A DNA stretch of 64,000 bases, from NCBI GenBank assembly GCA_964473565.1, contig CAYYPI010000001.1:124935-188934 (forward strand). The letters are read 5' to 3'. Of this stretch, positions 56,502 through 64,000 are shown in pieces. Source of the DNA: an uncultured Gammaproteobacteria bacterium (GTDB lineage: Bacteria; Patescibacteriota; Patescibacteriia; Patescibacteriales; UBA12465). Both the position numbers and the translations under genes were made by a program. Under the pieces are notes generated by a model, which saw only the letters and a list, made by a program, of their open reading frames with translations, did no database searches and had not been told where the DNA came from. How positions within the stretch are numbered: position 1 is the stretch's first letter; the number at the start of each line of letters is the position of its first letter.

Positions 56502-57137
56502 ATGACAGCTAGTAGAAATTTTGATAATTCAGGAAAGAATAACTCTAAAACCAAATTAATAATCCTTGGTGTTTTTACTGTAGGTATTTTGGTTTTTTGG
56601 ACACTGCAAATGCAAGCTAATATCAAGGGGCCTTTTCAGCTAGGAGATGAGTATAGTAATTTAAGTAGGAATAATTCTAATAATATAGGAGCCTGTACAG
56701 GTTCTGATTGTTTAAGTGATGCAGAGCTTAGAGATAAAGATACTGATGGGGATGGTTTAAGTGACTGGGAGGAGATAAATATATATGGTACCTCTCCTTA
56801 TTTGCCTGACACTGATAGCGATGGTCTTTCTGACAGCGAGGAAATAAGTTCTGGTACTGATCCTAATTGTGCTGAAGGTAGCTCTTGTGATTCAACTGAT
56901 ATTAGTGCTGATCTGGATATAGATATTGAAGAAGAATTAAATCGTCTTAGTGATAGCATTTCTGTACCAGAAGAAGATGAAGAAAGATTAGAGCAAGCTT
57001 TATCAGGAACCATGGATGCTGAAAGTTTGCGAATATTAATGCTTGAAAGTGGAATGGAAGAAGATTTAGTTAATTCTTTTTCTGATGAGGAGCTAATGGA
57101 ATTATATCGAAGAACTCTTACGCAACAAGAGGAATAA
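56502..57137 (+). CDS. Membrane-anchored protein with thrombospondin type-3-like Ca-binding repeats and an acidic C-terminus
   Basis: One TM (LIILGVFTVGILVFWTL), then DKDTDGDGLSDWEE and DTDSDGLSDSEE (the DxDxDGxxDxxE pattern) and four Cys. Confidence 0.7.
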   Translation: MTASRNFDNSGKNNSKTKLIILGVFTVGILVFWTLQMQANIKGPFQLGDEYSNLSRNNSNNIGACTGSDCLSDAELRDKDTDGDGLSDWEEINIYGTSPYLPDTDSDGLSDSEEISSGTDPNCAEGSSCDSTDISADLDIDIEEELNRLSDSISVPEEDEERLEQALSGTMDAESLRILMLESGMEEDLVNSFSDEELMELYRRTLTQQEE

Positions 57138-57162
57138 TTGATAGAAGAAATAATTTTAATAT

Positions 57163-60100
57163 ATGTTTAAAGCCAGCAATAGATTTAAAAAAACAGCTAT
57201 AACATTCTTTGTGCTGTTTTTTGTTATTTTTAGTTTTATGAGCAATGTTTCTGTGGGTAAGGCTCAAATCTTAACTATAGAAACTGAATCTCAACCTGAA
57301 ATAAGAACAAATATTTTAGATAAGATAAAAAATTTGAAAGATAAAATATTTAGTGAGGTAGGAACTAATCTATTAAATAATGTTTTAAGAAATACTTTAA
57401 ATAGGCTGGCATATGATTCTGCTGACGCTATTGTTAGTGGAGGACAGGGTCAAAAACCTCTATTTGTTACTAAAAACATTGGTGATTATTTTGAAGATAT
57501 CGGTGATGCCGCTGTTGGTGATTTTCTAGATCAACTTAATCATTTAGGTGAAATGAATTTATGTGAACCTGATTTAGATATTAAAGCTAGAATTGGTTTA
57601 GGCTTAAAAGATGTAAAGAGACCACCTGAGCCTAGTTGTAAGGCTAGCACCATGGTTAAATCATGGGAGGATGAAGTGCAGAAGTTTCAAGATATGAACA
57701 AAAAAGACTTTGCACAAAGATTTATTTCTTATTTTAAACCCGAATCAAATGATTTAGGTATTACTGTTAGTTTATTTCAAGGAATGGAGCAGACTGAGCA
57801 AGCAGCAATTAAGTGGCAAGAGTATGAAGCTAAGGATGGAAAACTTGAGCCAATGTCAGCAGGAGGTCAATTAAAAAGTGTTAGAGGTCAAAATGAAAGG
57901 AACTTTGAAGAAGCTCAAAGAAGAATGTCAGAGAACATGACAAACTGTGATGGGAATGCCTTTGTCTGTGCAGCTCAAGTGTTTGTTAATAGGTTAGCTA
58001 TAAATAGTTTTCAAAGAGCAATGGAGATTGCCTTTAGCCCAGATGAACAAGATCCTTTAAGTGATTTTGATCCATATGATTTAACAGATCCTGACAGTGA
58101 TCCTGCAACTGTCTTTCATAGTGGCCAAGTTAAACTTACACAGATATTAGAACCAAGATTTGATGAAAGAGCTGATTATGATATTTTATCTGAACTTGTT
58201 ACTTGTCCACAAACAGGAATTGCTGGACAAGAATTTGTGCCTTCGCCTAATAATTGTGTAATTGATGATAAGTTTAGCAATGCTATTTCAGAGCAGAAAA
58301 CAGTTGGTGAAGCAATGAAGGAAGGTTACTTACATAAAGAGTGGAGATTTACAGGTTTAGATGAAGAAGTTCCATATAATGAAGCCTATAACCTTCGCTC
58401 AATTTTAATACTTAAAAAATACAGAATAGTTCCTGCTGCTTGGGAAGAAGCTATTTACAGGGCCAAAAAACATCAATCAGCTACCTTAGAAGATTTAGTC
58501 TCTTGTTACGATCTTCATGATGAATATAATAATTTTAGCCCAGGTTTTAATGACAATGAACAGTGGTGTAGAGGCTTAATTGATCCTGATTGGGTGCTAA
58601 AGGCGCCGTCTAATTACTGTGCTAAAGAAGGTTTTGGTCATATTATTAATAAAGAAATAACAGAAGGTGAAAAAATTAAGCAAGGTGATGATATAGCTAG
58701 TGAGATATTTGTAACAAGGGCTGATGATTACTGTGCTGATGAGCAAAGTTGTATTTTAGAAAATAGCGATGGAACTTGTGAAGCTTATGGTTACTGTAGT
58801 GAAGAAAAAAGAACCTGGAACTTTGATCAAGATTCCTGTCAACCTGTATACAACACCTGTCAAACTTTTAAAAATGTTAATAATGGAAAAACAATTTCAT
58901 ATTTAAAAAATAGTTTAGACTATGGCGGCTGTAATTCTGATAGTGCTGGTTGTAGACTTTATTCTCTTGGTGGTCCTTATGATGTAGAAAGGGATATAGT
59001 TGACTGGAGAGCTCATAATGATATCTATTTAAATAATAATGTTGAAGGTTGTGCCGCTAGTGATGAGGGTTGTGATAAGTTAATTAGGGTAACAGCTGGT
59101 TATGGTCATAACTTTATTAAAAACGGTAGTTTTGAAGAACTTAATCCAGATTTAAGTTTGTGGTCATGCAATGAGAGCTGTTTAGATAATGATAGTTATG
59201 CAGGTTCTAATGCTTTGGATTTAAATAGCGCTACTAATAATATTAGTGTTCAAGTAGGTCCGCAAGCATATAATATTTCTGGTAAAACATATACTTTCTC
59301 TTTTTATGCTAAAGATTGTGCGCAAGGAGATGATTTTGGCTTTAGGGATGCAGCCTATAGTACTTTAGAGAGCAGTGGTAACTGGGAATATTATAGATTG
59401 TCACATACTTATCCAGCCAATCAATATTTAGGCGATACTGTTGACTTACAAATTAATAGTAATTCATGTTTAATTGATAATGTTAAATTAGAACTAGGAG
59501 ACAGAGGTACTAATTATAGTGATTACGGTGATAACAATGTTGTTTATCAAAAAATGATACCTGAATATCTTTGGGATGACTGTTATGAGGATCCTTATTC
59601 AGGTAATTTAGACTTTAGTTTGCAAGAGGATGCTCCTGAAATTTGTAGCAATAACTATAGTCGCTTTTGTAACGCTGATGAAGCTGGTTGTATGATCTAT
59701 ACTAATATTGAAGATAGAAACGATGAGGTGGTAGCTCAAACTTCAGTTCAAGATTATTGTCCATCAGAGTGTAATAATTATGATTTATATATTGGCGCCG
59801 AAGATTATTTTAACTCTACTCAAGGCGCTAAGTTTATCCCTGATACTGCCGATGCCTGTTCAGCCACAAATGCGGGTTGTACAGAGTTTACCAACCTTGA
59901 TGTTTTAGAATCAGGTGGAGAGGCAAAAGAATATTATAGCTCTCTAAAGCAATGTATTAAACCTAGCGAAAATGATTGCGCTGCTTTTTATGTTTGGGAA
60001 GGCTCAAGTCAAGAAGGTTATCAATTAGAATCATATAGTTTAAAGAAAGCTGAAAATAATAATGAGCCAGCTGTAGTAGAAGATGATAGTAGTGTTTGTA

Positions 60101-63100
60101 ATGAAGAAATATATAACCTACCTATTACTAATCCTGCTTATAATCCTGATTGTTATCAGTTCTATAACACTGAAGGTGAAGTTTCATATCATCTATATTC
60201 TAAAACAATAACTTGTTCTGAGGATTGTCACCCTTATCGTATGTCAGAAAGAAATGTTGATGAGAGTGTAACTAGCAGTTTAGAGTGTAGTAATTTAGAT
60301 GAGTCAGATGCAGTTCAATGGGACAGTGCTACCGATACTTGTTATCACTGTAAAAATGGTGGTACTTGGTCTTCAGAATATGATGCTTGTGTTTATCAAG
60401 CTATACCTGGACAAGGAGAATCCTGTTCTCAAGCAGCTAGTGGTTGTAGGGAATATAATGGTAATTCAGGGAATAATGTTAGAATTGTTAAGACCTTTGA
60501 TTTTGCTGATTCACTTCAAGGTTGGCAGGGAAGGTGTGGTGACGAGGCTGAACTTAGCACTGAGGCTTTAGGTAGAAATGATAAGTCTTTATGGTACAAC
60601 CAAGGTGGAGGTGGTGAAGCTTGTAGTGAAGATAGAGTAGAGGTAGAGTTAGGTTCATATGATTTAAATAGAGGTAGCGCTTATAGTCTAAAGTTTATGG
60701 CTAAAGTTAATACAGCTACTGATCTTGATGTATATTTTAAAAACAATAATGATCTTAAGGCTTATTTTGAAATTACAAGCGTAGAAGATAATAGTTCTTC
60801 TGTTGTTTTACGTGGTGATAATGAGTGGCATCAATACGAGTTAAGTTTAGAATCTCTTAACCATAGCTTAAGTTTAAATGAAACTTTAGTGATAGAATCA
60901 GATAATTCATTTTATTTAGATAATGTCATACTTCGAGAAATAGTTGATAGATATTATTTAATTGAAGACTCCTGGGAAACCCCTAGTCTCTGTTATTATG
61001 ATACTTTAGGTGACTATCAAGGAGCAGATTATAATTTGGGTTGTACTGGTTATAATAATAGTAGTGGCGCAGCTGAGTACCTTAGGTCTTTTTCTCGTCT
61101 TTGCCAAGAAAGCGCTGTAGGTTGTCAGTTAATGGCTAATACTTTTAATACTAAGGACTATAATGAAACTGTATATAAAGATACTGATAATAATGGTGTT
61201 TGTGATCCAAGTGAAGAAGACTGTGTTAGTGTAAGTGCTGATGAATATACTTTTGCTGTATACAATCCAGATAATGCTTGTAGTGCAGATGCTAAATCTT
61301 GTCAGCGTTTAGGAGAAAATGTTACTTATGGTCAAAGCAGTTTATTTGATGATGTCTACGTTAAGAATGACCCTGATAAATACAATAGTATTCTTTGTAC
61401 TGCAGATACCATAAACTGTGAATCTTATGTCAGTGATACTGGTGAAAATGTTTACTTTAGAGACCCAGGTAATAAATTATGTGAATGGCGAGAGGTAGAT
61501 AATGATTGGAACTGGTATCAAAAGGAAGTTAATAGATGTGATGTTAATAATAATGGAGCAGGTGAAAGAGTTGAAAATATCTGTAATAGCTCTAGTGACT
61601 GCATAATATCTACAAAAGCGCTTGAAGATGCAAATATTGATGATACTTGTTCAAGTGCTGAAGACTGTAGAATAAACGTCTGCGATCTAAGTACTGGTAC
61701 TTGTTCTGTTGGTGGTAACCCTTGTACCGACAATAGTAGTTGTTATAACAATAATTCTTGTGTTGATGGTCTTTGCGCGTATGACTGTGTTGCCCCTGAA
61801 GAAGACTTTGCTTGCCCAATTGATCAATTTAAAACTATTGGTTTTGGTGGCGCTGGTAATTTTGTAAAGCAACCTACAGATGGTTGGACAGGTCTTTGTG
61901 AGGCTTCTGCTTCTACTTGCTCTGAATTTATTGACCCAGTCAGTACTCATTCAGCTAATCTTTTATATAACCCTACTTTTAGAGATATTAACAAGGATGG
62001 TGTTGTGGGAGATAAGTGGATCAATGATGGCTCTGGTCCTTATCAAAATGTTAATATAAAAGCTAATAAGCCTTATGTTTTTGCTGTAAATAATTTAAGT
62101 TCAAGCAGTATCATGCCAACACTTATGTGTCCTGAGGATTCAAGATATTTAAATGAGAGTAATGAGTTTTCAGTAAGTAAAACTATGACTTTAACCGCTG
62201 GAGCTGATCATAGGTATATGATTGTATTAAGCTCTATGGATCAAGAGTGTCAGTTACACAGGGAGAGTAGTACTTATAATGCAGATAATGAATTTGAGCT
62301 AATATTAAAAGAGGCTGTTATAGACTATCAATTAGCTAAGAACCTAGATACAAAAACTTGTAATGGTAATGTTGATTTAGAAGGTGGTTGTATATTATTC
62401 AATAATAGAGTGCAAGATGTTAATGGCTCAAATGATTTAATTTATAGTGCCTATGATAGTTATATAAGTGAGAATAAGTCTCCTGATGATCATAGTATTT
62501 ATACTAATGCTAATACTTTAGTAAAGGTCAGCCCTAATCGAGTTTGTTCTAAGTGGTTAGCTTGTCAAACTAAAATAGTTGATGAAGACGGTAATGTTAC
62601 TTGTTATGATGTAGCTGATTGTGATGCTTTAGATGAAAATGGTGATTGTGCTAATTTCCTCAAAACTCCTGATGAGGTTCGCGTTTTTGATGAAGTTAAA
62701 GATAAAAATAGTACTGGTTATAGTATTTTCAAACAATTTCACATTAGTAATATGAGTGAGCTTGGATCTATACCTCAGTCATCTTACTTTAACTTTGAGG
62801 GTGGTGTAAATTGGGAAGGTGAAAAAATTAATGACAGTATTATTGTTGATGAACCTGCGCCGCTTGAAAAAGTAAAGCAGTTCAGTGCATCTTATCCAGC
62901 AGAAGGTGAGGCCTTTTTAAAGACTAGAAGTACGGCTAAGGTTAGATCTCCTGAAATAAATCTTTATAAGAATCAAGATTATTTCATTAATTATCTTCTA
63001 AATACTAATAATTTGAGTTACGGAAAGGAAGCAAAAATAACTATATATGGATTCGAAGTCACTGAAGATGGAGAGAATGAAGAAGTGATTGGCTCTTGGA

Positions 63101-64000
63101 CTGATAGAACTGATGATAATTGGGAAAGAAAGGTTTATAGATTTAGACTTGATAATTATAATAAAATTAGAATTGAAGTAAGTTCTAATGATTTTGATAA
63201 AAATAAATATGTATATATTGATGATGTTAATATAGAGCCAGCTTTAAATATAAGTCGAGGAAATGATGATAATTATGTTTCTAAATCTTGTCGCTTGTAT
63301 CCAAAACAAGACAGTTTAAGTTGTAAAAGTATTGAAGACAATGTTATCTCTAATGGTTGGCAGGGTTATTGTCTAGAAAAAGATCCTTATCACTCTGATA
63401 TCTGTTTAACTTGGTATCCAGTTGATTCTATTAGTATTTTTAATAATAAAGCTAGTGGTTATACCGGCAAGGTACCTAATTATTATTGTACACAAGCAGA
63501 TGCAGACTTTATTGTAGCAGAGAAGAGAAAGGTAGATGTTCAAAATATTAGATGTTGTGATGAAGATGGTTGTCCTGATCTTTTTGGGCAGTCAAGACAA
63601 TGCTTAAGTTTTAAAGTTGCAGAGACTGACGCAGGAGCAGACAATGAGTATAAACTATTAAAGATTTTTATCCCTGATCTAGGAGATAGTGAGTGTTCTG
63701 CTACACTTACAACAACAGGTGGAGCTTACTTTGATATTTATTTACCTAAAAATGCTGAAAATGTAGAAATAGACAATGATTGTGAACATAGACATGATGA
63801 CGCTGAAAAGGATTATCCAGATAATATGCCTTTAAAATATCATACAGGCGATTTCAATTATCCTTTAAGTGGTGCTTTTACTGGAGAAGTGGTAGAGAAA
63901 TTTGAAATACCTGGTGGAATAGCTACCTGTAATGGGGAGCCTTGTAATAATATCATTGTTAAATATAATTTAGGCTGGTTTGAACATAATGGTGATTTAG
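57163..64000 (+). CDS. Giant secreted cysteine-rich multidomain surface protein, 3'-truncated by the window edge (over 2,279 aa)
   Basis: It is not in the ORF track. I translated every codon in frame +1 from ATG 57163 to 64000 and met no stop. The signal/anchor is MFKASNRFKKTAITFFVLFFVIFSFMSNVSVGKAQ. I counted about 93 Cys by hand. It contains repeated C-x6-C motifs and several jelly-roll/CBM-like modules ending in (I/L)D(N/D)V.(L/I). Confidence 0.85.
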   Translation, partial: MFKASNRFKKTAITFFVLFFVIFSFMSNVSVGKAQILTIETESQPEIRTNILDKIKNLKDKIFSEVGTNLLNNVLRNTLNRLAYDSADAIVSGGQGQKPLFVTKNIGDYFEDIGDAAVGDFLDQLNHLGEMNLCEPDLDIKARIGLGLKDVKRPPEPSCKASTMVKSWEDEVQKFQDMNKKDFAQRFISYFKPESNDLGITVSLFQGMEQTEQAAIKWQEYEAKDGKLEPMSAGGQLKSVRGQNERNFEEAQRRMSENMTNCDGNAFVCAAQVFVNRLAINSFQRAMEIAFSPDEQDPLSDFDPYDLTDPDSDPATVFHSGQVKLTQILEPRFDERADYDILSELVTCPQTGIAGQEFVPSPNNCVIDDKFSNAISEQKTVGEAMKEGYLHKEWRFTGLDEEVPYNEAYNLRSILILKKYRIVPAAWEEAIYRAKKHQSATLEDLVSCYDLHDEYNNFSPGFNDNEQWCRGLIDPDWVLKAPSNYCAKEGFGHIINKEITEGEKIKQGDDIASEIFVTRADDYCADEQSCILENSDGTCEAYGYCSEEKRTWNFDQDSCQPVYNTCQTFKNVNNGKTISYLKNSLDYGGCNSDSAGCRLYSLGGPYDVERDIVDWRAHNDIYLNNNVEGCAASDEGCDKLIRVTAGYGHNFIKNGSFEELNPDLSLWSCNESCLDNDSYAGSNALDLNSATNNISVQVGPQAYNISGKTYTFSFYAKDCAQGDDFGFRDAAYSTLESSGNWEYYRLSHTYPANQYLGDTVDLQINSNSCLIDNVKLELGDRGTNYSDYGDNNVVYQKMIPEYLWDDCYEDPYSGNLDFSLQEDAPEICSNNYSRFCNADEAGCMIYTNIEDRNDEVVAQTSVQDYCPSECNNYDLYIGAEDYFNSTQGAKFIPDTADACSATNAGCTEFTNLDVLESGGEAKEYYSSLKQCIKPSENDCAAFYVWEGSSQEGYQLESYSLKKAENNNEPAVVEDDSSVCNEEIYNLPITNPAYNPDCYQFYNTEGEVSYHLYSKTITCSEDCHPYRMSERNVDESVTSSLECSNLDESDAVQWDSATDTCYHCKNGGTWSSEYDACVYQAIPGQGESCSQAASGCREYNGNSGNNVRIVKTFDFADSLQGWQGRCGDEAELSTEALGRNDKSLWYNQGGGGEACSEDRVEVELGSYDLNRGSAYSLKFMAKVNTATDLDVYFKNNNDLKAYFEITSVEDNSSSVVLRGDNEWHQYELSLESLNHSLSLNETLVIESDNSFYLDNVILREIVDRYYLIEDSWETPSLCYYDTLGDYQGADYNLGCTGYNNSSGAAEYLRSFSRLCQESAVGCQLMANTFNTKDYNETVYKDTDNNGVCDPSEEDCVSVSADEYTFAVYNPDNACSADAKSCQRLGENVTYGQSSLFDDVYVKNDPDKYNSILCTADTINCESYVSDTGENVYFRDPGNKLCEWREVDNDWNWYQKEVNRCDVNNNGAGERVENICNSSSDCIISTKALEDANIDDTCSSAEDCRINVCDLSTGTCSVGGNPCTDNSSCYNNNSCVDGLCAYDCVAPEEDFACPIDQFKTIGFGGAGNFVKQPTDGWTGLCEASASTCSEFIDPVSTHSANLLYNPTFRDINKDGVVGDKWINDGSGPYQNVNIKANKPYVFAVNNLSSSSIMPTLMCPEDSRYLNESNEFSVSKTMTLTAGADHRYMIVLSSMDQECQLHRESSTYNADNEFELILKEAVIDYQLAKNLDTKTCNGNVDLEGGCILFNNRVQDVNGSNDLIYSAYDSYISENKSPDDHSIYTNANTLVKVSPNRVCSKWLACQTKIVDEDGNVTCYDVADCDALDENGDCANFLKTPDEVRVFDEVKDKNSTGYSIFKQFHISNMSELGSIPQSSYFNFEGGVNWEGEKINDSIIVDEPAPLEKVKQFSASYPAEGEAFLKTRSTAKVRSPEINLYKNQDYFINYLLNTNNLSYGKEAKITIYGFEVTEDGENEEVIGSWTDRTDDNWERKVYRFRLDNYNKIRIEVSSNDFDKNKYVYIDDVNIEPALNISRGNDDNYVSKSCRLYPKQDSLSCKSIEDNVISNGWQGYCLEKDPYHSDICLTWYPVDSISIFNNKASGYTGKVPNYYCTQADADFIVAEKRKVDVQNIRCCDEDGCPDLFGQSRQCLSFKVAETDAGADNEYKLLKIFIPDLGDSECSATLTTTGGAYFDIYLPKNAENVEIDNDCEHRHDDAEKDYPDNMPLKYHTGDFNYPLSGAFTGEVVEKFEIPGGIATCNGEPCNNIIVKYNLGWFEHNGDL

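Noticed and set aside
6076-56798. Remaining short track ORFs nested in larger genes: 6076, 10758, 21819, 26164, 27879, 30330, 30995, 33833, 35351, 36180, 38249, 40572, 40978, 42658, 50587, 52129, 53210, 54053, 55261 and 56798
   Set aside because: Each is fully contained in, and antisense or out of frame to, a longer ORF with clear family motifs. I treat them as non-coding.
60299-61950. Track ORFs 60299..60571(+), 61518..61733(-), 61610..61819(-) and 61687..61950(-)
   Set aside because: All lie inside the giant frame +1 ORF but are out of frame or antisense. None has a protein-like composition.

Overview
AT-rich, very gene-dense bacterial chromosome segment read with the standard code (UGA is a stop; rpoB, rpoC and polA are uninterrupted). 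I count about 50 protein genes, 5 tRNAs, and no rRNA, CRISPR array, transposase or integrase. Most of it is housekeeping: rpsP, pnp, rpsO, rpsT, holA-murD-polA, gpmA, yebC-ruvC, ftsK, murE, rpoBC, murJ, lepA, recJ, rnhA, xth, leuS, rsmA. The rest fits a small fermentative, cell-surface-specialised genome: 4-subunit 2-oxoacid:ferredoxin oxidoreductase, ADP-forming acetyl-CoA synthetase, a glucan cluster, VirB2/TrbC-like pilin-type proteins, thrombospondin-type-3-repeat proteins, and K/E/D-rich tails on core proteins. That is reminiscent of CPR/Patescibacteria, but this placement is inference only.

Three things stand out:
1. A giant, cysteine-rich secreted ORF starts at 57163 and is still open at 64000 (over 2,279 codons). 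It is missing from the supplied ORF track. I checked every codon by hand.
2. The por operon is split. Two tandem pilin-like, Cys-rich surface-protein genes sit between porA and porB, a membrane-anchored DsbA gene leads the same tightly packed string, and one of the inserted proteins ends in an H-x6-D...H (LAS/M15-like) peptidase signature.
3. A compact glucan cluster holds two GT5 glycogen synthases, a short GH57, an APH-fold kinase, a PHP phosphoesterase and a GT4, with no glgB, glgC or glgP in the window.

Smaller oddities are a bacterial initiator tRNA with C33 in the anticodon loop, a NYN-domain gene wedged between rpsO and pnp, and a roughly 150-aa acidic tail on FtsK.
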